DNA from: Pseudanabaena sp. M085S1SP2A07QC
GTDB taxonomy: Bacteria; Cyanobacteriota; Cyanobacteriia; Pseudanabaenales; Pseudanabaenaceae
Length of the DNA: 64,000 bases
Assembly: GCA_020404895.1 (NCBI GenBank)
Contig: JADBWK010000004.1
Location: forward strand, 109,506 to 173,505
Reading direction: 5' to 3'
Of this stretch, positions 38,490 to 47,831 are shown piece by piece. Each line of letters opens with the position of its first letter. Within the stretch, counting starts at the first letter, position 1. Under the pieces are notes generated by a model, which worked only from the letters and a program-made list of their open reading frames with translations, had not been told where the DNA came from and did not search any database. Made by a program: the position numbers and the translations under genes.

Positions 38490-39179
38490 CTATATGACGA
38501 GTTCAACTAAGTCTGGCAAAACAATTGTCCACGCAGGGAAAGGATAAGTTTCAGGATATTGCATCACTCTGCCTACAAATTTTACACCCGCAGCGATCGC
38601 ACCTTCATAATCAGCGATCGCATCGCCAACCATCAATACGCGATCGGGTTCAAAATCATATTTCGACAAAATATCTTGGATAATATCTCCCTTTTTAGCT
38701 GGAGAACCATGCACAGAGACGAAATAATGAGCCATATTTCGCCTTGAGACGATGCGTTTCAACTCTTGATCGGGAGTTCCTGAAGCCACAAATAAGGGGG
38801 TAGACCGATAATTTCTTTCTAAAAGTTCATAGGCTCCTAAAACATAAACCGCATCCACCACAGCATCTTCAACACATTGTGAAAATTGGTCACCGAGTCG
38901 CACCTCCTCTTCTTTAGTCAAGGCTTTACCAAGTAAAATCTCATGGTAATAGCGAAATTTTTCAAATCGCGATACTCCGCCATGAAGCAGATGATAGGCT
39001 TTCACCTGCTCTACAATGAGATCTCCATATTCTGCATACAAAGCCCCAAAAGCTTGAGTTTTGACATCCACAGACTCAACTAGGACTCCATCAAAATCAA
39101 ACACGATCGCATCATATCTCTTAGGGATATTTTCATGGATGTCTTTAGTCACGATTTCGGTCATTGTATTTTGGCTCAC
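38490..39179 (-). CDS. HAD-superfamily hydrolase (phosphatase)
   Basis: Motif I FDFDGVLV, motif II SGT, motif IV MVGDAIAD. Confidence 0.85.
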   Translation of the reverse strand: MSQNTMTEIVTKDIHENIPKRYDAIVFDFDGVLVESVDVKTQAFGALYAEYGDLIVEQVKAYHLLHGGVSRFEKFRYYHEILLGKALTKEEEVRLGDQFSQCVEDAVVDAVYVLGAYELLERNYRSTPLFVASGTPDQELKRIVSRRNMAHYFVSVHGSPAKKGDIIQDILSKYDFEPDRVLMVGDAIADYEGAIAAGVKFVGRVMQYPETYPFPAWTIVLPDLVELVI

Positions 39180-40114
39180 TTAGCTAAACCAAGATTTACA
39201 AGGCTGTCAAATAGATTTTGAGCAGCTTCCTGCTCCATCTGCCCTCTTGCTTCCTTCGCGTACGAACCCATATGGGGAGTCAAAATGACTTGAGGCAAAG
39301 TGCGCAGTTGACCAGAATATGGTTCCTCTTCAAACACATCAAGGGCTGCACCTGCCAAATGCCCTGAAACTATTGCTTCATATAAAGCTTGTTCATCAAC
39401 CAGCCCCCCTCTAGAAGTATTAATTAAAATACTACCTGCTTGCATCTTATTGATAAAGTCGCGATTAATTAAATGATGATTGTCTTTGTTGTAGGGAATA
39501 TGAACCGTAATTACATTGGAACGTGCGATAAATTCATCTAAAGATGAGATACAAACTGTATCTGCGAATAGCGAATCATCACGAAAAATGTCATAGGCGA
39601 CTCTTTTTGCCCCAAAAGCCTTCAAAATCTGTCCTACCCGATTGCCAACTCTTCCATAGCCCAACAGCCCTACTACTTGAGAGGCAAGTAGTTTCCCCAT
39701 CAGAGGATTCCATTTTCCGTCACGCAAAGTGCGATCGGCTTCAGTAGTGCGTCTCAACAGAGAAAGAATCAGGTTCACTGCCAACTCAGCTACAGCAATT
39801 ACAGGGGCGGTAGGCGTAATATGTACGGAAATTCCCAATTCTTCGGCTGCTGCTAAATCTACACTATCAGTTCCAATTCCACATCGCGAGACTACCTTGA
39901 GAGACTTAGAGGAGTTTAAAACATTCCGAGTTAGAGGCTCAACTCCAGCAATCATCCCAACAACATCACTGGTGAGAAGCTCTAAAACTTCTGTTTCTTT
40001 AAGTTTTCTACCATAGGGGTTTAAAACAATTTCAAAACCTTGAGCTTGGAGACTCTGCAATACCTGATTGCCTTTTACATCAAAAGACGAAGTACTGATC
40101 AGTAGTTTGGACAT
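39176..40114 (-). CDS. D-isomer-specific 2-hydroxyacid dehydrogenase (PGDH/glycerate dehydrogenase-like)
   Basis: NAD motif GLLGYGRVGNRVG. Catalytic region NTSRGGLVDE and TPHMGS. 4-nt overlap with the HAD gene. Confidence 0.88.
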   Translation of the reverse strand: MSKLLISTSSFDVKGNQVLQSLQAQGFEIVLNPYGRKLKETEVLELLTSDVVGMIAGVEPLTRNVLNSSKSLKVVSRCGIGTDSVDLAAAEELGISVHITPTAPVIAVAELAVNLILSLLRRTTEADRTLRDGKWNPLMGKLLASQVVGLLGYGRVGNRVGQILKAFGAKRVAYDIFRDDSLFADTVCISSLDEFIARSNVITVHIPYNKDNHHLINRDFINKMQAGSILINTSRGGLVDEQALYEAIVSGHLAGAALDVFEEEPYSGQLRTLPQVILTPHMGSYAKEARGQMEQEAAQNLFDSLVNLGLAK

Positions 40115-40250
40115 ATTTTTACTTGTTCCTAGGTTGACTTTACCAATTCTTTTACGAATTTCTTAGTAAGTCTACATGATTATGCCTGATATATTCAAAT
40201 ATTTTTCGCGCAAAGATTAGGTAACATAAATATTTTTCAGGTTAAGTTTT

Positions 40251-41282
40251 CTAAGAAAATAGCCACAGCCAAATAGGTATTGTAAAGAGTAAAAGAACTA
40301 CACCAAAAGCCAAAGTAGTAACTGTTAAGTCTCGATCCAAGTTGTAAGCTTGTGCAATTACTAGAGTTGAAAAGGCTGGGGGCATTCCCATTTGTAAAAC
40401 CATTGCCATTCGAGGCTCTCCAGTCACACCAAAAAACATCAGTCCAGTACCGACGACAAGTGGTGTAAGCAACATCTTGATCGATATACAAGTAAGAGCT
40501 TTTTTAACATTACGTAAGGTTTTCAACTGACTTAGTTGCATCCCAATCATTACCAGTGACAAAGTTACAGTTGTCCATGCGATCGTAATCATGCCGCCCG
40601 AAATTATCGTAGGCAAGGGAACAAATCGCATGCCTACCCCAATCGGCAAACTCCATAAGGCAGGAGTTTTAGCCATTGATACAAATGGATTTGGTTTCTT
40701 TTGACCGCTAGACATGCTGCCATAACGGCTAGCAAGAGCGATCCCGACAGAATAAGCCGCTATCGTAGAGCCAATCAAATCGTAAAATAGCGACCAAGCA
40801 AAATATTGTGGGCCCACGAGAGCAAGGCTGACAGGGTATCCCATAAAAGCTGTATTGCCTAAGGTCATAGCAAGTAAGAAGCTGCCTTGAGTAGCCCCTG
40901 ACCAAGCACTTTCTTGCTCTAAAGTTGCTTCCATACTAGGGTTGGTTTCCAAATTTTTTTCTCTTGCCGTAATCCCTTTTGACAACTTACTGAACCTTTC
41001 ATCACTTACACCCAGATCGATCCAAATCCAAGCTAGTCCCGCACCTACTAGAATCGCAACCCAAGCTGTGGTTGGAGCAATCACGATCCATCCCGATAGA
41101 TCCGCTTGACGGAGGAAAGAAACAATACTAATTGGAACTCCTACAAACAACAGAGCTTTACCGAGGTAAGTGGGGAAAATCTTCGGGAGGAGTTTTCCTA
41201 AGACATACCCTAAGAGAGTCCATCCAATTAACCTCACGTAGAGCATGACGAGAGGGTTTTCTAACGTGAACATAATATTCAA
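40251..41282 (-). CDS. AEC-family (auxin efflux carrier) transporter
   Basis: About 10 TM helices with a central hydrophilic loop. The N-terminus resembles AEC permeases. TTG track start, with an alternative ATG at 41273. Confidence 0.75.
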   Translation of the reverse strand: MNIMFTLENPLVMLYVRLIGWTLLGYVLGKLLPKIFPTYLGKALLFVGVPISIVSFLRQADLSGWIVIAPTTAWVAILVGAGLAWIWIDLGVSDERFSKLSKGITAREKNLETNPSMEATLEQESAWSGATQGSFLLAMTLGNTAFMGYPVSLALVGPQYFAWSLFYDLIGSTIAAYSVGIALASRYGSMSSGQKKPNPFVSMAKTPALWSLPIGVGMRFVPLPTIISGGMITIAWTTVTLSLVMIGMQLSQLKTLRNVKKALTCISIKMLLTPLVVGTGLMFFGVTGEPRMAMVLQMGMPPAFSTLVIAQAYNLDRDLTVTTLAFGVVLLLFTIPIWLWLFS

Positions 41283-41362
41283 CCATAAGAACTAAGTATG
41301 AAAGTTGACAAGGGATTTGAGTATTTATTAAGCAGCAAACCCAAAGAAAAATATTGATTTAC

Positions 41363-41538
41363 AGATCTCCTGACTTTTTTGAAGATTGACATAGTTAGGA
41401 ATGAAAATTAATTAAAACCAAAATTTGTTGGGGCGGGCTTCGCCCGACCCAACAAATTTTGGTTTTAATTGCACAAGTTAATTAATTTTCATTCCTTACT
41501 TATTGATTTTATTGAAAAAGTCAAAGATCTTCCTATCT
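41363..41538. repeat. ~175-bp nested inverted repeat built around a 53-nt perfect palindrome (41414-41466)
   Basis: Outer arms share agatct, tgacttttt and aggaatgaaaattaatt in inverted orientation. Confidence 0.7.
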
Positions 41539-41543
41539 GCATT

Positions 41544-42305
41544 TTATAACTGTCCCCCATTTACATCAATGATCGCACCTGTCATATAGCTAGATAGTTG
41601 AGAAGATAGAAATAAAATTACGTTTACTTGTTCTTCCATTGAGGCAATTCGACCTAAAGGGATTGAATCGATTAACTTTTGTTCTGCTTCGGGTGGTAAA
41701 GTAGCCGCTAGCATCGGCGTATAGGTTTGGCTGGGACAAATAGCATTGACATTAATTTGAAAAGGTGCTATCTCGTAGGCAAGTTGTCTTGTAAAGCCGA
41801 TCGCCCCAGCTTTTGATGTTACGTAATGGATGCCTGACAATTTACTACGAAAATGTCCTGCGATCGATGAGACATTAACGATTTTCCCACTTCTTTGTTG
41901 CTTCATGATGGGGACTACATGCTTGCAGCAAAGAAACTGACTGGTGAGATTTGTTGCCATGACTTTGTTCCAATCCTCAAGGGAAATATCCTCTATCTTG
42001 GCAATTTGATTAATCGCGGCATTGTTGACCAGAATGTCAATCTGCCCATATTTCTGAAAAACCTTGGCGATCGCAGCTTTAACTTGATCTTCATCAGAAA
42101 CATCACATGGTAATGACAATGCTGATTTACCTGTTCCATTAAGTTCTGAAGCGATCTCTTCAGCGCCACTACGTGAAATGAATACAGTGTGGGCTCCATA
42201 AAGCGCGATCGCCTCAGCCACTGCTTGACCGATGCCGCTACTTGCCCCAGTAACAATTGCAACTTTCCCCTTGAAATCGTGAGGGAATTCATGAGGTTTA
42301 GTCAT
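41544..42305 (-). CDS. SDR-family oxidoreductase (FabG-like)
   Basis: TGASSGIG, NNAA, and the catalytic S..YVTSK pattern. Confidence 0.9.
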   Translation of the reverse strand: MTKPHEFPHDFKGKVAIVTGASSGIGQAVAEAIALYGAHTVFISRSGAEEIASELNGTGKSALSLPCDVSDEDQVKAAIAKVFQKYGQIDILVNNAAINQIAKIEDISLEDWNKVMATNLTSQFLCCKHVVPIMKQQRSGKIVNVSSIAGHFRSKLSGIHYVTSKAGAIGFTRQLAYEIAPFQINVNAICPSQTYTPMLAATLPPEAEQKLIDSIPLGRIASMEEQVNVILFLSSQLSSYMTGAIIDVNGGQL

Positions 42306-42376
42306 AAGCTAATTCAATTAATTTAATTGTTTTGTGAATAATGAAGTGTCGTGCTAAGCGCGACACTTCATTACTT

Positions 42377-42853
42377 TTAAGTGTGATCAAAAACGTGGTC
42401 CTCTACAAAAATATGGTTTACATCAGGTTTCCCAATTGCTAGACGGATTGAGGGTTTATCACCAATAACACGAATATTATGGATTACCTTACGAGGAACA
42501 AAAATGATGTCATCCTTAGTAGCTCGGTAAGAGCCATGTCCGTCCACGTCCCACTCTAGCTCGCCTTCCATGATCACCCACCACTCGTCCTCGTTGGCAT
42601 GATAGTGAGTACGATTACTTTCTCCTGGTTTCTGACAAATCATGACTGCGCTCATCATATCGGTATAAATGAGGCGCACTGACCAAGATGGCTCCCCCAT
42701 CTCTTTTTTGATATCTTCAAGACGATTAAAAATGCGATTGATGCTGTCATGGGTATTCGCTTTGGCAACACCATCATTTTTCATTACCGTAGCAAGGTTT
42801 CGATCTTGGTTTGCGATCATGGTCATAGCTGATAACTCCGATATTCTAATCAA
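42377..42853 (-). CDS. Cupin-domain protein
   Basis: Cupin motifs THYHANEDEWWVIMEGE and VPRKVIHNI. Confidence 0.8.
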   Translation of the reverse strand: MIRISELSAMTMIANQDRNLATVMKNDGVAKANTHDSINRIFNRLEDIKKEMGEPSWSVRLIYTDMMSAVMICQKPGESNRTHYHANEDEWWVIMEGELEWDVDGHGSYRATKDDIIFVPRKVIHNIRVIGDKPSIRLAIGKPDVNHIFVEDHVFDHT

Positions 42854-42914
42854 ATTATCATAATATCATAATAAAAATAAAAATAAAGGTACGCTTAGCG
42901 TGCCTTTATTTTTA

Positions 42915-44531
42915 TTAGAACGAAAATGTTGTGCGAATAACACCGACTGTTGCGGTTGGATTAGTACTCACGCCTTCAGGATTAAACACCCAGAAGACAC
43001 CAGGAGTGATACTGATATTCCTGCTGAGACGATAGCGATAGAACAGTTCTAAATGATATGGAGTTGAGTTAACTGTTCCCAAGGTGGCTAAACCACTTGC
43101 TGATGAACGATTAATTGGTTGTCCAAATAGAACACTTCCCATACTACCTTCACTAAATAAATCGTTGAAGGTTAAGCCTGTAATCCAACTAGTAAAAGTT
43201 GTCGAGGCAGAAGTATTAACTGCATCTGCAAAAATCACGGCTCCCCAAGTATGGAAAGATATTTTGGGAGTGATTTTCCAAGCCAAGTTACCAGCGATCG
43301 AATTAGCTCTTAGAGAAGTTACTCCAGCAGCACTAATCGACTCAGTGCTAACTAAGCCTGTTCCTAAAGAGTTGGTCTGATGGTAAGTATTTGTGTAAGT
43401 GACGGAAGCATCTAGATTTTCAGTAGGCTTGAATAAAAGCTGAACTAGAGCAATTGTTGAGCCACCAAATAATCCACCTTGTCCACCAGGTGCAGGCGAA
43501 GCTGGATTGGATGAGCCATAACCTGCTTGAATTTTGAATTGATCGGAAACCTTCCAATCAAAGGCAAATAGAGAAGATGTGGCTCCAATCCGCATTAGGG
43601 GATCAAAGCGTCCAAAGCGAGAAATCGATCCTTGACCATTGCTAGCTACTGGTGAAAGTACAGTGAAGAACTCATCAGGGAAACTTATAGGAGCAACATA
43701 AAGAGTGACCTTGTTGTCAAAAACAGGAAACTTATAATCAAGAAGTGTCAAGTTAAAAGTGTTGGCGCTTGAAGAGTTACCAGATCCAGGACCAATTCTT
43801 ACAGTATTTGTACCAAGCAAAGCCGCGAGGCTAGATGTATCACCTGTACTACCAAAGTTGTTACCCGCCTCTAAGCGAGTTCTGAGTGAATCTTTACCTG
43901 TAAAGCTAGTATTAAGTACAAGGCGCGTGCGATTGCCTAAAGTAATGTTTGATCTGGCGTTGGTAGGACCTCCACTACCTGCGGTTGCCGAGAAGATGAC
44001 TTCGCCAGTGAGTTTTGTCGTAGTAGAAAACTGTTGTGCTTCTAGCTTGGCAGTTTTGGCATCAAGGGCATCAACACGACCACGTAAAGTAGCAAGTTCA
44101 GCAGCAAATTCTTCCTGTAGCTTTTGCAGAGTTGCTAAGTCTTCTTTGCTAACTTTGTCAGCTAGTCCTGAGGAGATGATTTCATTGATTTTGTCAAGGC
44201 AAGCATTCAAACCTGCGGCAAATTCATAGCGGCTAGTGGCTTGTTTGCCCCGAAAAGTACTATCTGGATATCCTGCAATACAGCCGTAGCGCTCAACGAG
44301 AGATTGCAAAGCGGTGAAAGCCCAGTCGGTTGGTTTCACATCACTAAGTTGTGATACAGAGGTGATGTTTTGGGCTTGGGTAGTTGAAGGGGATAGTTGA
44401 ATAGCCTTATAAGGGTCAACACTTACAGAAGATGTCGTTGTTTCTGCATGAGCCAGATTTGACGACAGGGACAAAACTGTTAAAAAAGACAGGCAAGATA
44501 CACTGACGGAAGAACTTTTTACCTTAAACAT
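42915..44531 (-). CDS. Outer-membrane porin with N-terminal SLH domain and OprB-like beta-barrel
   Basis: Signal peptide. SLH motif DVKPTDWAFTALQSLVERYGCIAGYPDSTFRG, a coiled-coil, then a barrel ending in ..TTFSF. Confidence 0.9.
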   Translation of the reverse strand: MFKVKSSSVSVSCLSFLTVLSLSSNLAHAETTTSSVSVDPYKAIQLSPSTTQAQNITSVSQLSDVKPTDWAFTALQSLVERYGCIAGYPDSTFRGKQATSRYEFAAGLNACLDKINEIISSGLADKVSKEDLATLQKLQEEFAAELATLRGRVDALDAKTAKLEAQQFSTTTKLTGEVIFSATAGSGGPTNARSNITLGNRTRLVLNTSFTGKDSLRTRLEAGNNFGSTGDTSSLAALLGTNTVRIGPGSGNSSSANTFNLTLLDYKFPVFDNKVTLYVAPISFPDEFFTVLSPVASNGQGSISRFGRFDPLMRIGATSSLFAFDWKVSDQFKIQAGYGSSNPASPAPGGQGGLFGGSTIALVQLLFKPTENLDASVTYTNTYHQTNSLGTGLVSTESISAAGVTSLRANSIAGNLAWKITPKISFHTWGAVIFADAVNTSASTTFTSWITGLTFNDLFSEGSMGSVLFGQPINRSSASGLATLGTVNSTPYHLELFYRYRLSRNISITPGVFWVFNPEGVSTNPTATVGVIRTTFSF

Positions 44532-44685
44532 CCTAAAACATTAACCTCATACTTCACCTAATCTATAAGGTTAAACTTGTTCGCCTTGGATGTCAAAGGA
44601 ATATTTGGCTGATATTTGAAAGCGAATAAAAAATAGAGAGGTCGATTCGACCTCTCTATTTTTATTCGCTTAAGATCTGTTTAAG

Positions 44686-45474
44686 CTATCTAATTAAGCT
44701 ATCTAATGTAGTCTTAAGTGTAAATTGATTGAGAGTCTCTAATTCTTGTTGAGGATGACTGAGAAGCCGCGATCGCATTTCATCAGTTAGTCCTTGAACA
44801 TTGCTGAAATCTGCCCCAGCAATACTTTCAAATTTCTCAAAATCGGCATCAGTTAGATCCGCAGCACGTAGATCGGCTCCAGCCAAATTTGCTCCGTTTA
44901 ATCGGGCTTTTTGTAAATAAGCGCCTGTCAAAATAGCCTTTCTTAAATCAGCTTGAATAAGTCTTGCTCCTGCTAAGTTAGCACCTGTTAAATCTGCTCC
45001 GCCAAGATAAGCACCCATCAAATTTGCATTTTGTAAGTCTGCATCTTTGAGATTACCTGTATTGAGCGGTGCACCATTCAAACTTGCACTTGGTCCGATC
45101 GCACTTGAGGATTTGTAAGCGAAGTTCTCAGGAAAGATAGTTTCACTGTCATATCTTGCTCCTTGCAGCTTTGCATCAGTCAGATTTGCTTCACTAAGAT
45201 CTGCACCACTGAGATCGGCACGATATAAATAAGCTCCTTGGAGATTGGTTCTTTTGAGTATGGATTTACGGAGATTAGAGCTGCGAAGATCAGATCTACA
45301 TAGATTGGCTTCACTTAAATTTGCCAAACTTAAATTGGCGCGGATCAGAGTTGTTTCTTGCAGGTCAGCTTTTTGGAGGTCACATCCACTGAGATCGATC
45401 TGATATAAATCTTTCTTATTCAAAGAAAGTCCCGATTTAATTGCTGCTAAAACTTCTTGAGCAAGGTTGGACAT
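44686..45474 (-). CDS. Pentapeptide-repeat protein
   Basis: Long run of A(D/N)LxG-type repeats (ADLSGADLSEANLTDAKLQGA...). ATG at 45474. The longer track ORF runs into the palindrome at 45547-45600. Confidence 0.88.
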   Translation of the reverse strand: MSNLAQEVLAAIKSGLSLNKKDLYQIDLSGCDLQKADLQETTLIRANLSLANLSEANLCRSDLRSSNLRKSILKRTNLQGAYLYRADLSGADLSEANLTDAKLQGARYDSETIFPENFAYKSSSAIGPSASLNGAPLNTGNLKDADLQNANLMGAYLGGADLTGANLAGARLIQADLRKAILTGAYLQKARLNGANLAGADLRAADLTDADFEKFESIAGADFSNVQGLTDEMRSRLLSHPQQELETLNQFTLKTTLDSLIR

Positions 45475-45546
45475 AACTATTGAGACTATTAAAATTTTTA
45501 TTAAAGCCCTGAGAAGGTGATCATAAACTGAACTAGTAGTAAAACA

Positions 45547-45600
45547 AAGAACCAATTTTTTGTGGTGCGGCAAAGCCGCACCACAAAAAATTGGTTCTTT
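45547..45600. repeat. 54-nt palindrome (aaagaaccaattttttgtggtgcggcaaagccgcaccacaaaaaattggttcttt) in a divergent promoter region
   Basis: Same family as 1630-1684. No gene ends here, so it is unlikely to be a terminator. Confidence 0.85.
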
Positions 45601-45693
45601 ATAGGTTTAAGCAAAAATCTGGATTTTGTGATCGCACTTTACGGTAACTTTCCTTAAGTAGGCAATAACGAATAATTTTGCCAAAAATCCGCC

Positions 45694-45744
45694 GATTTTT
45701 TTGATTTTAGTTTTATTTGATTTTAGTTTTATTTGATTTTAGTT
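45694..45744. repeat. Tandem 16-nt repeat (gattttagttttattt, about 2.6 copies)
   Basis: Read directly from the sequence. It ends immediately before the RBS aaggag of the CpcS-like gene. Confidence 0.85.
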
Positions 45745-45758
45745 AAGGAGTTGCCCCA

Positions 45759-46343
45759 GTGCTTGTACCACCGATGACGATGATGGACTTCTTTAAAAAA
45801 AGTGAAGGAGTTTGGTTTATTCACCGTACCGTACATCATTTTGACAGCGTTGCTGACGAGTCTGGGGAGTCAAAGATTCATGTCAAAATGGTCGCAAAAG
45901 ACGATGATCGAGTCCAAAAAATCTGTGCGTCACAGGACATTGATTTCACAATCGCTTCCTGCGGTGCTAGCTTTATCTGGCAAGCACATGAGGTGGATGG
46001 TGCGGAGCCAAACCCTGACCACGCCGCAATTTTAGTAGATGTGCCCCATGAGACCTCAGGGAGATCGGGCAAATTATTGAGAAATCAAGGCTATGTCGAA
46101 AGAATTCCTGTCGTTAGCCGCTATTGGTTTGGTGATGATGGCATTTTGACTATTGATACTGAATATGACAATAATCAGGGGCAAGAGCGTTGTTGGTTTA
46201 TTACTGATGACTTTCGAGTGCGCGTAGGTACGGTGCGCATGAATAATGGTGTTTATCAGATGACCTATTGTTCCGAGCGCCGTTATGTTGGAGAAACAGA
46301 TTTAGAAGCTATGCTACAAAGAAACTTAGCAAGACAAAATTAA
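45759..46343 (+). CDS. cpcS: CpcS/CpeS-family phycobiliprotein (bilin) lyase
   Basis: FFKKSEGVWFIHRTVHHFD, LLRNQGY and WFITDDFRVR resemble the CpcS/CpeS lipocalin-like family. GTG start 8 nt after aaggag, with alternative ATG starts within the next 27 nt. Confidence 0.8.
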   Translation: MLVPPMTMMDFFKKSEGVWFIHRTVHHFDSVADESGESKIHVKMVAKDDDRVQKICASQDIDFTIASCGASFIWQAHEVDGAEPNPDHAAILVDVPHETSGRSGKLLRNQGYVERIPVVSRYWFGDDGILTIDTEYDNNQGQERCWFITDDFRVRVGTVRMNNGVYQMTYCSERRYVGETDLEAMLQRNLARQN

Positions 46344-46456
46344 GTTCATACTCAAAACTCAAAAGAGAGCTGCTGCACAAAGTGCCACAGCTCTCTTTTG
46401 AGTTTTATATCTCTACTAAAGTGGCATTAGCCATAACCTATGGGAAAAATATTTTA

Positions 46457-47317
46457 ATGCTTGAAAATGATCTTCAACAATGGCTGAAATCAGCGCGACA
46501 AGAATCAGCCAAGGGAAAACTACCAAACTATATCCCCTTGCTTGCTCAGGCTGATCCACAAGCGATCGCGATCGCCATCCAAAAAGTTAATGGTGATCAT
46601 CTAACAGCAGGTGACTTAGAGTTAACTTTTCCGCTAATGAGTGTAATTAAGCCATTTTTGTTACTTTACTTACTAGAGACAAAAGGCTCTGAGCAGGTTT
46701 TTCGGATAGTTGATAGTCAAGTAACATCGGAACCATTTAATGCGATTCCTAGAGGAAAACCCAAAAATTCGATGATTAATAGTGGCGCGATCGCCCTGTC
46801 ATCCCTATTAGAATCTTGTGAAACATTACAAAATTGGCTCAATCAGCGATCATGCACAAATTTGACACTGGATCTAGAAATTTTAGCTTCAGTTCGATCA
46901 GTTGCTAATCGTCGTAATTTAGCGATCGCCGATCAACTTAAAAATCTAGGCATAATTTCTAATCCTAGGAAAGCTCTTGCGGTTTATGAAGAAATTTGTT
47001 GTTTGCGAGGTAATGTGCAAGATCTCGCAAAAATTGGCACTTTGTTAGTTTATGCGCAGCGATCTTCTAGTATTCCAATCGTATTGGAAGTTATGACCGA
47101 ATGCGGCATGTATGAATCATCAGCAGAATTTGCTCAGGATATAGGAGTTCCCTCAAAGTCAAGTATTAGCGGCGCTTTACTATCGATTATTCCTGATCAA
47201 GCAGCGATCTCCTGTTATAGTCCTGCGCTTGATGCAACTGGTAATTCAGTCTCAGGACTATTTTTAATCCGAAAAATTAAAAACTATGTTTTAGGATTAG
47301 GGCGCGAAGAGTCGTAA
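46457..47317 (+). CDS. glsA: Glutaminase A
   Basis: GKLPNYIPLLAQADP, the Ser-x-x-Lys motif MSVIKPF, NSGAIAL, and SKSSISGAL. The track ORF start (46268) overlaps cpcS and crosses its terminator hairpin. Confidence 0.85.
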   Translation: MLENDLQQWLKSARQESAKGKLPNYIPLLAQADPQAIAIAIQKVNGDHLTAGDLELTFPLMSVIKPFLLLYLLETKGSEQVFRIVDSQVTSEPFNAIPRGKPKNSMINSGAIALSSLLESCETLQNWLNQRSCTNLTLDLEILASVRSVANRRNLAIADQLKNLGIISNPRKALAVYEEICCLRGNVQDLAKIGTLLVYAQRSSSIPIVLEVMTECGMYESSAEFAQDIGVPSKSSISGALLSIIPDQAAISCYSPALDATGNSVSGLFLIRKIKNYVLGLGREES

Positions 47318-47510
47318 ACCCAAGATCTGTGCCTCCCGCTTAGCGGGAGGCACAGATCTTGGGTTTACGTTTAGTGAAAGTCAGCCGAAATATTTGATTA
47401 AAAATTGAATTTTTCGATAGTTATTTGCGATCGTGTATATACAGCTACCTTTATCCGATAAAATTAAAAACGCTAAAAAGTTTTATTGGTTGTAAGCAGA
47501 GAATAAGTAA

Positions 47511-47747
47511 ATGAGTACCTTTGAGCAAGTTCAAGACATCGTTGCATCCCAATTAGGCGTTGATAAAGCCGAAGTTAAGCCTGAAGCTAGCTTTGCGAAC
47601 GACCTTGGCGCTGACTCTCTCGATACTGTCGAATTAGTTATGGCATTGGAAGAAAAATTCGGCGTTGAAATCCCCGACGAAGACGCAGAAAAAATTGCCA
47701 CCGTGCAAAACGCCGTTGATTACATTGACAGCAAACAAGCTGCTTAA
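47511..47747 (+). CDS. acpP: Acyl carrier protein
   Basis: [20 protein letters not shown], the phosphopantetheine-attachment Ser motif. Confidence 0.97.
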   Translation: MSTFEQVQDIVASQLGVDKAEVKPEASFANDLGADSLDTVELVMALEEKFGVEIPDEDAEKIATVQNAVDYIDSKQAA

Positions 47748-47831
47748 GCAATTGTTTTAGATAAAAGCTTTGTTGCTCAGCGACAAAGCTTTTCTGTTCT
47801 TAAAATTTTTGACATACTGATTCCAAACGAA

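Noticed and set aside
43759-44229. 156-aa plus-strand ORF inside the porin gene (also 43084-43380)
   Set aside because: They are antisense to the SLH/OprB porin. The low-complexity Ser/Ala/Leu/Pro-rich translation is typical of shadow ORFs.
45694-45744. Checked whether the tandem repeat, or any other repeat in the window, is a CRISPR array
   Set aside because: The units are contiguous 16-mers with no spacers, and no cas genes are present. The other repeats are palindromes or MITEs, not repeat-spacer arrays.
46268-46456. Upstream extension of the glutaminase ORF that overlaps the cpcS 3' end
   Set aside because: It crosses the cpcS stop and a terminator-like hairpin (about 46340-46400). Glutaminase homology starts near the ATG at 46457.
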